From a virus (lineage: Duplodnaviria; Caudoviricetes): DNA of 61,342 nucleotides. The position numbers and the translations under genes were made by a program. The stretch covers positions 1 through 61,342 of IMG/VR virus record IMGVR_UViG_3300036045_000010. One strand, written 5' to 3'. This document shows positions 18,251-27,428 of the stretch, piece by piece; within the stretch, counting starts at the first letter, position 1, and each line of letters starts with the position of its first letter. The notes beneath the pieces are model-generated. The model saw only the letters and a list, made by a program, of their open reading frames with translations. It ran no database searches and had not been told where the DNA came from.

Positions 18251-18420
18251 ATCCCCGCCGGGGGATGGGCGCTCTCGTAGCGCCGAAGCCGGGATCGGGC
18301 CTGCGGATCAAACAGCGGCGCACTTGTAGGTTCATGCCGTGAACCTTCAGAGGAACCCGGACGGGGACCGCAGCAGGTGAGAACCCTGCACGAAATGTCC
18401 TCCATACCAGGAGGACGGTC
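18251..18420 (+). ncRNA. candidate structured RNA (five hairpins incl. a T-loop-like arm)
   Basis: ATCCCC/GGGGAT, GGCGCT/AGCGCC, AGGTTCA/TGAACCT, GCAGG-TGAGAAC-CCTGC, GTCCTCC/GGAGGAC; no convincing ORF. Confidence 0.35.
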
Positions 18421-18459
18421 ATCATCACACCCACCCACACCAAACCAAAGAGGCAGTTC

Positions 18460-18663
18460 GTGCTTTACGCCGTCTTCTCCCTCTGCCTGGTCGCCACCGG
18501 CGAATGCCGCAACGTCGAGCTGCCTCTGCCCGATCGAAACGTCACGCCCTACGCCTGCGCCCGCCAGGTACAGGCCTCGATCGCCACCTACCTCGCCACC
18601 CTGCCCCATTCCAGGGGCTACCGGATCGAACGCTTCGGCTGCGTTCGTGGCATGGGAGCCTGA
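18460..18663 (+). CDS. small Cys-rich hypothetical protein
   Basis: GAGG RBS with GTG start; 4 Cys. Confidence 0.6.
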   Translation: MLYAVFSLCLVATGECRNVELPLPDRNVTPYACARQVQASIATYLATLPHSRGYRIERFGCVRGMGA

Positions 18664-18666
18664 ACC

Positions 18667-19233
18667 ATGCTCAACGATCCCCGCAGCCGCATGCCCCGCG
18701 AGACCGAGGTCGCCACCGAGCGCGGCTACTACGACTTCATGGATCCCGATCCCGCCACCCTCTACACCATGGAGGAGGCAGGCGTCGTCCTCTCGCGGAT
18801 TTGCCGCTTCGGCGGCCGGGGGCCGCGCTTCTACAGCGTCGCCGAGCATACCGTGCTCTGCGACAATATCGCGATCCGCCTCAACTACACCCTCGAACAA
18901 CGCCGATCGGTGTTTCTGCACGACGTGCCCGAAGCGATCGTCGGCGATGTCACGACGCCGTTGAAACGTCAGCTCCGGGACTTCGCGCCCATCGAAGAGA
19001 TCACCGCGGCTGCCTACCGCGCGCGCTACGATGTGCTCGACATCCCGGCGCTGGTGAAGAAGGTCGACCTGCTCGCTTTCTCGGTCGAGGCGCGGGATTT
19101 CTTCCCGTCTCATGGCTTCGTGCGCGACCTTCCCGCACCGCCTGTCCTGGCGGTACTGAAACCGCCTCGCTGGAGCATGGAGAAGGCGGCTCGCCAATTC
19201 GCTGCCCGAGCCCTGCGCATAAGGCTTTCCTGA
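18667..19233 (+). CDS. HD-domain phosphohydrolase (YfbR/YfdR-like)
   Basis: CRFGG..FYSVAEH, LHDVPEAIVGD..TPLK, VKKVD motifs. Confidence 0.85.
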   Translation: MLNDPRSRMPRETEVATERGYYDFMDPDPATLYTMEEAGVVLSRICRFGGRGPRFYSVAEHTVLCDNIAIRLNYTLEQRRSVFLHDVPEAIVGDVTTPLKRQLRDFAPIEEITAAAYRARYDVLDIPALVKKVDLLAFSVEARDFFPSHGFVRDLPAPPVLAVLKPPRWSMEKAARQFAARALRIRLS

Positions 19234-19236
19234 TCC

Positions 19237-19989
19237 ATGTTGGTCATCGACGAGATGGTCGACGGAATCCGAGAGATATCCGTGGCCGAGCACAACGTGC
19301 GGCGGATCAACTCGCTCGCCGAGAAGGCCTCTCCGCACGCCGCCCATCGCCAGGCCTCGAAGGTGCCCACTTTCTCGCTGACCTATCAGGGCACCTACTT
19401 CACCCTCATGGCCAAATGCGGCTTCACCAAGGAAGTGGCCCGACAAATCGAGACGCGCTACCACGAGCTCTACAAGGTTTCCGACGCCTGGGTGGCGGCG
19501 AAGCTCGACGAGGCCTCGCGGGTCGGTTACGTCACCGCCGCGTTCGGGCTCCGGGTCCGCACGCCTCTGCTCCACCAGGTGATCCGTGGCAATTCCCGCA
19601 CCCCCCACGAGGCCCAGCAGGAAGGCCGCACCGCCGGCAACGCCCTCGGGCAGTCCTGGTGCCTGCTCAACACCCGCTCGGGCACGGCTTTCATGCAGGA
19701 GGTCCGCTCCGGCCCCCACCGGCTCGACATTCGGTCCTGCGCCCAGATCCACGACGCGCAGTATTATCTCATCCGCGACGACATCGAGACCGTGGAGTAC
19801 GTCAACCAACGCCTAGTCGAAGCCGTGCGCTGGCAGGATCATCCCGACATCGCCCATGACGTGGTCAAGCTCGGCGGCGAGCTCTCGATCTTTCACCCGA
19901 GCTGGGCCCAGGAGTTCACCATTCCGAATGGTGCCTCCACCGAAGCGGTTTTCTCTGCGGTGAGGAAGCACATGGAGAAGTTCTCCTGA
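19237..19989 (+). CDS. DNA polymerase A fragment 4 (fingers/palm, motifs B and C)
   Basis: RQASKVPTFSLTYQG, RTAGNALGQS, QIHDAQY. Confidence 0.92.
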   Translation: MLVIDEMVDGIREISVAEHNVRRINSLAEKASPHAAHRQASKVPTFSLTYQGTYFTLMAKCGFTKEVARQIETRYHELYKVSDAWVAAKLDEASRVGYVTAAFGLRVRTPLLHQVIRGNSRTPHEAQQEGRTAGNALGQSWCLLNTRSGTAFMQEVRSGPHRLDIRSCAQIHDAQYYLIRDDIETVEYVNQRLVEAVRWQDHPDIAHDVVKLGGELSIFHPSWAQEFTIPNGASTEAVFSAVRKHMEKFS

Positions 19990-20049
19990 ATTCCGCCGAG
20001 CTTTGCCCAAACCACATCACTTCATTCCCACCCACATAGGATCATCTCC

Positions 20050-20394
20050 ATGGACTCCGAGACCGCCCTGCCTCCGACCCCGAGCCATTACTGGCTCGGG
20101 GTCTGCACCGTCATCTTTCGCCGCGGCTCGGAGAGCGCCGATCCTCACGCCAAGAAGGTGAACGTCCTGCTCGACACCCCCACCGCCAACTTCGACCGCA
20201 CCTGCCTCGCCGAGCTCCAGCGCGCGGCGGCCCGAACCGCGGTCGCCAAGCACCAGCTGCCGACGGCGAAGCTGCGAGAGGTGCTGATCGACAACATCAT
20301 CCCGCTGGGAATGATGACCCGAGAGCAGTTCGTCGTCGAGCCAGAGGCTTTCTCTGAGGCTCCCTCCGACCCCGCTCCCCAGCCGGAGGCCTGA
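20050..20394 (+). CDS. N4-like hypothetical protein (gp40 position)
   Basis: Directly follows the polymerase; AGGA RBS. Confidence 0.7.
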   Translation: MDSETALPPTPSHYWLGVCTVIFRRGSESADPHAKKVNVLLDTPTANFDRTCLAELQRAAARTAVAKHQLPTAKLREVLIDNIIPLGMMTREQFVVEPEAFSEAPSDPAPQPEA

Positions 20395-20397
20395 GCC

Positions 20398-20583
20398 ATG
20401 ATCGGCGAATGGATGCTCATTCTCATCCTGGTCGGCAGGGACGGTCCTGGCGTCGAGGTCGTTCCCATGAACACCGAGGCCGCCTGCAACACTGTCGTGA
20501 ACGCGTTCAGCAAGAACCCGGAGAGCATGATCGCGGCGATCTGCATCTACGATCCCATCCCTGTGAAAGGAGAGCCCACGTGA
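20398..20583 (+). CDS. small hypothetical protein
   Basis: GGAGG RBS; GTGA overlap with the next gene. Confidence 0.6.
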   Translation: MIGEWMLILILVGRDGPGVEVVPMNTEAACNTVVNAFSKNPESMIAAICIYDPIPVKGEPT

Positions 20584-21092
20584 CCGTCGAAGCCCCCGAG
20601 ACATTCGAAATCATCAACGTCCACGGGACGCCCGACTATCCCTACAACGGTCATCCGCTGCTCCAGGCGACCCTCGCCTGGCTGCAGGCGCACGATCCTG
20701 CGCCCACCGACGATGATCGGCCGCGACCGAACGTCGAGCGCCTTCCCATGTACATCTCGAAGTTCGGCGCAACAATGACTTTCTCCATGGCGAACTGGAG
20801 GTTTGACGACCCGCACTGCGGCACGACCTGCTGCATGGGGGGCTTCATTCAGGAGCTGGCGTTTTCAGGTGCAATGACGACGAGCATATACGACGTTGCC
20901 GAAGCCGCCGGCCTGACTGAAGACGAGGCCTATACCCTCTTCTACCCGGACGACGATAACTACTACGACCCACCGATCAACCTTAACCGGGTCACGCCCG
21001 CGATTGCGGCCGACGTGCTGGAGCTGTTCATGAAAACCGGCGAGATCTACTTTCCGCCGGAACTGGCATTCTACTATGACGACGAGTTCTGA
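20580..21092 (+). CDS. hypothetical protein with CGTTCCMGG motif
   Basis: AGGAG RBS before GTG 20580. Confidence 0.65.
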   Translation: MTVEAPETFEIINVHGTPDYPYNGHPLLQATLAWLQAHDPAPTDDDRPRPNVERLPMYISKFGATMTFSMANWRFDDPHCGTTCCMGGFIQELAFSGAMTTSIYDVAEAAGLTEDEAYTLFYPDDDNYYDPPINLNRVTPAIAADVLELFMKTGEIYFPPELAFYYDDEF

Positions 21093-21208
21093 GCCAACCC
21101 CCTCATTCTTGAACGTCAGCCCCAAACCCCTTTTTGGGGCTGGCGCTCCTGCGGTGTGATGGGGTATCACACCGATTCGCACCATCATTCGCCATTTATG
21201 GGGAACAC

Positions 21209-22186
21209 ATGGCTTTCAGCAACGTCACCAACATCCCGCTGCCGCTCGCGGTCTGGCTCGCCACCGACGGTTACGACTTCCGCCGCGGCGAGCGCAAGGC
21301 GATCTCCGCCACGGCGCTGCTCCAAAGCCCCCGGCGCATCCTCCTCGGCGAGCGCCTCGACGCCGGGAGCCGCATGCAGATCGACGTGGCCGATCTCATC
21401 GCCTCCCGGCTCGGTCACTCGATCCATGACGGGATCGAACGCGCCTGGCGGGAGAACCATCGGTCCGCCATGAAGGCGCTGGGATATCCGGAGAACCTGA
21501 TCAACCGGGTGACGATCAACCCCGACCCGGGTCAGCTCTCCCCCGACGCGATCCCGGTCTATCTCGAGCAGCGCGTCGAACGCGAGCTGCTCGGCTACAC
21601 CATCACCGGCAAGTTCGACATGATCCTCGAAGGGGTGGTGAACGACTTCAAATCCACCTCGGTCTACTCCTACATCTCAGGATCCAAGGACAAGCTCTAC
21701 CAGCTCCAGGGATCCATCTATCGCTGGCTCAACCCCGACAAGGCCACCGCCGACCATATGGCGATCAACTTCGTCTTCACCGACTGGGCGAAAGCGGAAG
21801 CCCGGCGCAACCCGAACTATCCCCAGAGCCGGGTCCAGGCCCGGCGGATCGAGCTTCTTTCCTTGGTCGAGACCGAGGCCTGGATCCGACGCCGGCTGCG
21901 CTTGCTCGAGGCCCATGCGGAGCTGCCCGAACCCCAGCTTCCGCGCTGCACCGACGAAGAGCTCTGGCGCTCCGACCCGGTCTGGAAGTTCTACCTCGAT
22001 CCCGCCAAGGCCCAGGATCCCAAGGCCCGCAGTAGCCGTAATTTTGACAACGCCGTCGAGGCCTTCGCCCATCGCGCCGAGAAGGGCAGGGGGGTCGTCG
22101 TCGAGGTTCCTGGCCAGCCCAGGGCCTGTCAATACTGTGCCGCTTTTCCCATCTGTAGTCAAAAAGATGAGTATGATCTTGGCTAG
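21209..22186 (+). CDS. PD-(D/E)xK Cas4-like exonuclease (N4 gp42 homolog)
   Basis: LAVWLATDGYD, GKFD....NDFKST, QGSIY, C-terminal C..C.....C cluster. Confidence 0.85.
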   Translation: MAFSNVTNIPLPLAVWLATDGYDFRRGERKAISATALLQSPRRILLGERLDAGSRMQIDVADLIASRLGHSIHDGIERAWRENHRSAMKALGYPENLINRVTINPDPGQLSPDAIPVYLEQRVERELLGYTITGKFDMILEGVVNDFKSTSVYSYISGSKDKLYQLQGSIYRWLNPDKATADHMAINFVFTDWAKAEARRNPNYPQSRVQARRIELLSLVETEAWIRRRLRLLEAHAELPEPQLPRCTDEELWRSDPVWKFYLDPAKAQDPKARSSRNFDNAVEAFAHRAEKGRGVVVEVPGQPRACQYCAAFPICSQKDEYDLG

Positions 22187-22292
22187 TCTCACTCAAGCTC
22201 TGATACAAGAATACCTGCACTACGGTCCTGTTACAGGGGAGCTGACTTGGAAGAAACCAACTTCCAACTGCATCAAGGTTGGCAGTCTATGA
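22167..22292 (+). pseudogene. truncated HNH(-AP2)-type homing endonuclease N-terminus
   Basis: LTQALIQEYLHYGPVTGELTWKK....KVGS* matches the LTQE.LKE.L.YDPETG.F.WK start typical of phage HNH genes; low GC. Confidence 0.65.
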
Positions 22293-22406
22293 GCCCGGTC
22301 TTCCAGCTCTGCACCCAGAAGGACGAGTACGGCTTCTCCTGAAGACGGCTCGTCCCAACGCACCCCGACCCAAATCACATCACACGAAGACACGAAGGAC
22401 GCAGCC

Positions 22407-24560
22407 GTGATCGACCTGTCGACCATTCCGCATCACCATGCGATCGAGGACCTGACCAGGCTGATCTGCGACCGCTCGCAGAACATGGACGCGGCCTATT
22501 TCCGTCCCATCGTAGCCTACCACCTGATGGTCGCGGCCGCCACGATGCGCGCCAAGCTCCTCACCCTCGATCGCGGCGAGATCCCGGTGAACGGCTACGT
22601 CATCGCGCTTTCCACCTCGGGATCGGGCAAGGGTCTCTCTTCGAACATCCTCGAGAACGAGATCTTCGGCGACTTCCGCAAGACTTTCACCACCTACACG
22701 CTGCCCCATCTGGCGGACGCTTCGCTCTGGAAGCTCGCCAGTCTGCGCTCCGCCCAGAAGGGCACCGAGGAGCAGACCGAATACGACAAGCTCGTGAGGG
22801 AATACGATAGCACCGGCGAATACATCTTCGCCTTCGACGAAGGGCACCCGGCCTCGATCAAGCAGGTGCGCGACAAGCTTCTGATGGCCGGCGTCGGCTC
22901 GATCAACTTCGTGGTCGACGAGATCGGCTCGAACCTCACCAAGATCGATCCGGCGATGCCGGTGTTCCTGGAGCTCTACGACCAGGGCCTGGCCAAGCAG
23001 AAGCTCTACATGAACAGCGCCGACCGCAAGCGCGTCGCCCAGATCGAGGGCAAGACGCCGGCGAACATGCTCCTGTTCGGCGAGCCCCACCGGCTCTTCG
23101 ACGGCGGCGCCACCGAGAGCCTGTTCTACTCGCTCCTCGGCACCGGACTCGCCCGGCGCACCATCTTCTCTCTCGGCCATCCGATCCCTGCGCACCGCAC
23201 CACCGACGACGCTACGATCTTCGACAACCTTTGCGATCCAGGCCGAGCCAAGCAGATGCAGCAATGGGCCGACCACTTCGCCGGCCTCGCCGATCCCACC
23301 AAGTTCGGCTGGACCATCGACGTGCCGCGGGACGTCGGCATCGAGCTGCTCGGCTACCGCCACCTCTGCGAGGACAAGGCCCGGCAGCTGCCGGAGAACG
23401 ACGACCTCCGCAAGGCCGAGCTGGCGCATCGCTACTACAAGACCCTGAAGCTCGCCGGCGCCTTCGCCTTCGTGGAGGAGGCGCTCACCATGACCAAGGC
23501 GCATCTGCACGCGGCGATGAAGCTCGTGGAGGAATCCGGCCTCGCGTTCCAGAAGATCCTGAACCGCGAAAAGCCCTACATGAAGCTCGCGCGCTACATC
23601 GCCACCTGCGGCAACGAGGTCACCCACGCCGACCTCACCGAAGCGCTGCCCTTCTACAAGTCCGGCGCCGCGGCCCGGACCGAGATGCTCGCCGACGCCC
23701 GGGCCTGGGGCTACAAGCAGCATATCATCATCAAGCGCCGCTTCGTCGACGAGGTGGAGTTCTTCTCCGGGGAATCCCTGGAGAAGACCCGGCTCGACGC
23801 CGTGAGCTTCGCCCATTCCGAGCACTGGGCCGAGGGTTACACACCCGAGAAGGCGCCCTTCAACCAGCTCGATCGGCTGGTCACCCAGCCCGACTACAAC
23901 TTCACCGCCCATGCCTTCCAGAACGAGCACCGGCTCCAGGACAACCTGATCCCGGGCTTCGACCTGGCGATCTTCGACGTGGACGGGGGCGTCGCGCTCG
24001 ACCTGGTCCACGAGCTCTTCGAGGATCTGGCCTTCATGACCTACACCACCAAGCGGCACACCCCCGAAGAGCACCGCTTCCGTCTCATTCTGCCCATGAG
24101 CTACGTGCTGAAGCTGAGCGCGGAGGACTACCGGGAGTTCATGCAGAACCTGACGGCCTGGCTGCCGTTCCCGGTGGACCGGTCCGCCGCGATCGACTGC
24201 GCCCGCAAATGGGCCACCAACCCCAACGCCCTCGTGCATCAGAACGAGGGCGAGATTCTGGACGTGCTTCCCTTCATCCCGCGCACGAAGCGCAACGAAG
24301 ACCGGGCCAAGACGCACAAGCGCCTGGGCAGCCTCGACGCGCTCGAGCGCTGGTTCGTCCAGAAAATCTCCGACGACGGCAACCGCAACAACCATCTGCT
24401 GCGCTACGCCATGAGCCTGGTGGATCAGGGCATGCAGTTCGCCGCCGTGGAGACCAAGCTCATGGCGCTCGACGCCCGGCTGCCCGACCCGCTCGGGCCC
24501 GAGGAGATCCGGCGCACGGTGCTCGTCACCGTCGCCCGAAAGCTCCAGAACGCCGCCTGA
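22407..24560 (+). CDS. DNA primase (N4 dns/gp43 homolog)
   Basis: STSGSGKG, DEIGSNL, DVDGG, YTTKRH, RFR, GNRNN motifs; 717 aa. Confidence 0.88.
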   Translation: MIDLSTIPHHHAIEDLTRLICDRSQNMDAAYFRPIVAYHLMVAAATMRAKLLTLDRGEIPVNGYVIALSTSGSGKGLSSNILENEIFGDFRKTFTTYTLPHLADASLWKLASLRSAQKGTEEQTEYDKLVREYDSTGEYIFAFDEGHPASIKQVRDKLLMAGVGSINFVVDEIGSNLTKIDPAMPVFLELYDQGLAKQKLYMNSADRKRVAQIEGKTPANMLLFGEPHRLFDGGATESLFYSLLGTGLARRTIFSLGHPIPAHRTTDDATIFDNLCDPGRAKQMQQWADHFAGLADPTKFGWTIDVPRDVGIELLGYRHLCEDKARQLPENDDLRKAELAHRYYKTLKLAGAFAFVEEALTMTKAHLHAAMKLVEESGLAFQKILNREKPYMKLARYIATCGNEVTHADLTEALPFYKSGAAARTEMLADARAWGYKQHIIIKRRFVDEVEFFSGESLEKTRLDAVSFAHSEHWAEGYTPEKAPFNQLDRLVTQPDYNFTAHAFQNEHRLQDNLIPGFDLAIFDVDGGVALDLVHELFEDLAFMTYTTKRHTPEEHRFRLILPMSYVLKLSAEDYREFMQNLTAWLPFPVDRSAAIDCARKWATNPNALVHQNEGEILDVLPFIPRTKRNEDRAKTHKRLGSLDALERWFVQKISDDGNRNNHLLRYAMSLVDQGMQFAAVETKLMALDARLPDPLGPEEIRRTVLVTVARKLQNAA

Positions 24561-24566
24561 GCCCTT

Positions 24567-24611
24567 GCTCGTCCACAACTCGCAAGAGACGGGGACGAGC
24601 CTTTTTTTTTT
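24567..24611 (+). terminator. intrinsic terminator
   Basis: GCTCGTCC...CTC-GCAA-GAG...GGACGAGC followed by a T10 tract. Confidence 0.7.
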
Positions 24612-24665
24612 CGGGGTGGCTGCCCCCGCCCGAGTCAAGTCCCCAACCAAGCGCGAAAGGCCTCC

Positions 24666-25400
24666 ATGTCCTCCGACATTTCCATCAACGACCAGCTGGT
24701 GCTCATCTCCGGCGAGAGCGCCACCGGCAAGTCCGCGAGCCTGATGAACATTCCGAACCAGGAGCGCTGGATCTACCTCAACTGCGAGGCCGGCAAGCGG
24801 CTGCCGTTCCGCAACCGCTTCAAGTCCCACACGGTGACCGACCCCTACCAGGTTTACGAGGCCTTCGAGCACGTGCAGGAGAATCCCGACTTCGACGGGG
24901 TGATCATCGACACCCTGACTTTCCTGATGGACATGCAGGAATCGGTCCATGTCATCGGCGCGAACGACACCCAGGCCGCCTGGGGAGAGTACGGTCAGTT
25001 CTTCAAGCGCTTCATGCAGCAGTACGTCGCTTCGTCCGACAAGGCGGTTCTCGTACTCGCCCACACCAAATCCGTCTACAACGACAAGACGCTTTCCTAC
25101 GAGGTCAGCGTTCCGGTCAAAGGCGCGCTGAAGAACAACGGCGTCGAGGCCTACTTCTCCACCGTGGTCTCCACCAAGAAGGTCAACTTACCAGCTCTCG
25201 CTGGCCAGGACCCGTCGCTTCTGCATGTCACGCCCGAGGATGAGGCCCTCGGCTACAAGCATGTCTTCCAGACCCGCCTCACAAAGGAGACCATCGGAGA
25301 GCGCATCCGCTCGCCGATGGGCATGTTCGCGCCGAACCAGACCTACATCGACAACGACGCCTACGCGCTGCTCCGGCATCTGCACACGTTCTACGCCTGA
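24666..25400 (+). CDS. Sak4-like AAA ATPase (N4 gp44 homolog)
   Basis: GESATGKS, IIDTLT, RIRSPMGMF. Confidence 0.88.
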   Translation: MSSDISINDQLVLISGESATGKSASLMNIPNQERWIYLNCEAGKRLPFRNRFKSHTVTDPYQVYEAFEHVQENPDFDGVIIDTLTFLMDMQESVHVIGANDTQAAWGEYGQFFKRFMQQYVASSDKAVLVLAHTKSVYNDKTLSYEVSVPVKGALKNNGVEAYFSTVVSTKKVNLPALAGQDPSLLHVTPEDEALGYKHVFQTRLTKETIGERIRSPMGMFAPNQTYIDNDAYALLRHLHTFYA

Positions 25401-25443
25401 TTCCACATTGAACCACCCCAAACCACAGAAGGCTACGCCTACC

Positions 25444-26190
25444 ATGTCCAAGTTGTTCTCTCACCTCTCGGCCGATGGGCACGAACCCACCGTCGACCGT
25501 CTCGGAGGTTCCGAAGCCCTGCCCTCGGGCGTCTACGAGGCGCTGATCAAGCTCGCCTACGCCGGCCAGTCGGCGTCGGGCGCGCACAACGTCACGCTCG
25601 TCCTCGACGTCGACGGGAGAGAGCTGCGCGAAACGATCTATTTCACCTCGCGCACCGGCGACACTTTCTTCCTCAACAAGCGCGACCCGAGCAAGAAGGA
25701 ATCGCTGCCTGGCTTCGTCACCCTCAACGACATCTGTCTCTGCCTCACCGAAAAGGGCTTGCTCGAGCAGGATTCGGAGGAGAAGACCGTCAAGGTCTAC
25801 AACTCCGATCAGCGCAAGGAAGTCCCGACCCCGGTTCCGGTCCTCAAAGATCTGGTCGGCAAGAAGATCCTGCTCGGCATCCTGCGCGAGATCGTCGATC
25901 GCGAGAAGAAGAACGATTCGGGCGTCTACGTGCCGACCGGCGAGACCCGAACGCAGAACACGATCGACCGCGTGTTTCATCCGCAGACGCGGCAGACCGT
26001 GGTCGAAGCGAGGCAGGGCGTCACCGAACCGGCCTTCCATGATCTCTGGAAGTCGCACAACGACGGCAAGGATCGCAATCGCTCAAACACGACCAAACAG
26101 ACCGCGGGTCAGTCGGGCGTCGGTCGCCCGGGCATGCCGGGAGCGGCAGGAGCCGTCCCGGGTCAGCCGAAGCGCAAGCTTTTCGGCTGA
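25444..26190 (+). CDS. N4-type single-stranded DNA-binding protein (gp45)
   Basis: SASGA, LPGF and C-terminal KRKLFG tail typical of N4 SSB; synteny. Confidence 0.85.
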   Translation: MSKLFSHLSADGHEPTVDRLGGSEALPSGVYEALIKLAYAGQSASGAHNVTLVLDVDGRELRETIYFTSRTGDTFFLNKRDPSKKESLPGFVTLNDICLCLTEKGLLEQDSEEKTVKVYNSDQRKEVPTPVPVLKDLVGKKILLGILREIVDREKKNDSGVYVPTGETRTQNTIDRVFHPQTRQTVVEARQGVTEPAFHDLWKSHNDGKDRNRSNTTKQTAGQSGVGRPGMPGAAGAVPGQPKRKLFG

Positions 26191-26203
26191 TCGGCGGCGG
26201 CAG

Positions 26204-26677
26204 ATGCTGATCTGCGGCATAGACCCGGGGTTCAAGGGCGCCATCGCGTTCCTTGACCCCGGGTCGCGGGAGCTCCGAATCGAGGACATGCCCCTCGCGG
26301 CCAACGCGGCGGGCAAAGAAGAGCTCGATCTCTACCGGCTTGGGCAGATCCTTACCCCGCCGGTAGGGGAGAAGCGGCTCGTGTCCCTCCTCGAACTCGT
26401 GGCTCCCATGCCAAAGCAGGGAATCGCCAGCGCCTTTCGCTTTGGCGACGGCTACGGCTCCATCAAGATGGCCCTCGTCGGCCATGGCTGGGAACGCCAC
26501 CGCGTCACCCCGGCCAAATGGAAACGTCACTTCCGGATCTCCTCCGAGAAGGCCGTCTCCCGATCACTGGCCGCTGCGCGGTTCCCTGCTCAGGCGGGCC
26601 TCTTCGCCCGCGTCAAGGATGATGGCCGGGCGGAAGCCGCCCTACTCGCGCTCTACGCACTCGAGACCAACCTCTGA
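26204..26677 (+). CDS. RuvC-like Holliday junction resolvase
   Basis: ICGIDPG..GAIA, F.FG..YG, VTPAKWK, DGRAEAALLA. Confidence 0.85.
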   Translation: MLICGIDPGFKGAIAFLDPGSRELRIEDMPLAANAAGKEELDLYRLGQILTPPVGEKRLVSLLELVAPMPKQGIASAFRFGDGYGSIKMALVGHGWERHRVTPAKWKRHFRISSEKAVSRSLAAARFPAQAGLFARVKDDGRAEAALLALYALETNL

Positions 26678-26715
26678 ACTCTCACCCCGATTTCCAAACC
26701 AAGAAAGAACCACCG

Positions 26716-27165
26716 ATGAAGATCACCCTCGACCAGGTCGAAATCACCGAGGCGGTCAAGACCTATGTCCGCAGCATGATCGCGCTCTCCGCCGATTCCG
26801 AGATCAAGATCGACTTCACCATGGGCCGCAACGAAAACGGTCTCTCGGCCACGCTCGACATCACGCCGCCCCGGCTCCCGGCGCCGAAGCCGGAGCCCGT
26901 CTACCGCAACACGCCCTCGATCGAGAACGACCCCGTCTCGGCCCCGGGAATGGGCGCCAGCGCCGAGAACCTCTCCGTGAGCACGCCCAAGATCGGCGCC
27001 GCAAAGGTCACGTCCACCAAGGACGAGACGCCGCTCGAGACCTCCGTCGAGGCCAAGCCCGAAGAGGGCCCCGAGGAGAAGGTCGAGGAGCCCACGATTG
27101 CGGAGAGGTCGACCCTCGTCGTCCCGCCCCGCGGCCGCTCGATCTTCTCGAACGCCGCCGGCTGA
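26716..27165 (+). CDS. N4 gp46-like hypothetical protein
   Basis: MKITLDQVEITEAVKTYV N-terminus; acidic tail ending SIF. Confidence 0.7.
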   Translation: MKITLDQVEITEAVKTYVRSMIALSADSEIKIDFTMGRNENGLSATLDITPPRLPAPKPEPVYRNTPSIENDPVSAPGMGASAENLSVSTPKIGAAKVTSTKDETPLETSVEAKPEEGPEEKVEEPTIAERSTLVVPPRGRSIFSNAAG

Positions 27166-27192
27166 CCCCCCCCCCGTTGACGGGAGACGCGC

Positions 27193-27363
27193 ATGCGCGT
27201 CCTCGCCGGCCTGGGCCTCGTTCTCGCGATCCTGGCCCTGGCCGGCGGCATTCTCGGCACGCTCGTCCATCTCGTCTATCAGTTGATTTCCCTCGGTCTC
27301 GTCATCGGGGTGCTGATGATCGTATGGCGAACGTTCCTCCGGGATCCTCACGATCCCTTCTGA
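27193..27363 (+). CDS. small two-TM membrane protein
   Basis: MRVLAGLGLVLAILALAGG...; GGAG RBS. Confidence 0.65.
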   Translation: MRVLAGLGLVLAILALAGGILGTLVHLVYQLISLGLVIGVLMIVWRTFLRDPHDPF

Positions 27364-27403
27364 GCTCGGAATCTCTCCGGCTCGCATGGCTCACGAAGAA
27401 AGA

Positions 27404-27428
27404 GACCCCGCCAGTTCATGGCGGGGTC
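27404..27428 (-). terminator. hairpin terminator at the convergence point (late, - strand)
   Basis: GACCCCGCCA-GTTCA-TGGCGGGGTC with a pyrimidine run on the - strand side. Confidence 0.55.

Noticed and set aside
18366-18420. Hammerhead ribozyme or tRNA
   Set aside because: Has CGAAA and a T-arm-like hairpin but no CUGANGA core, no cloverleaf and no CCA end.
18667-19233. DatZ / Z-genome system
   Set aside because: An HD hydrolase sits within the polymerase locus, but no purZ or mazZ is present in the window.
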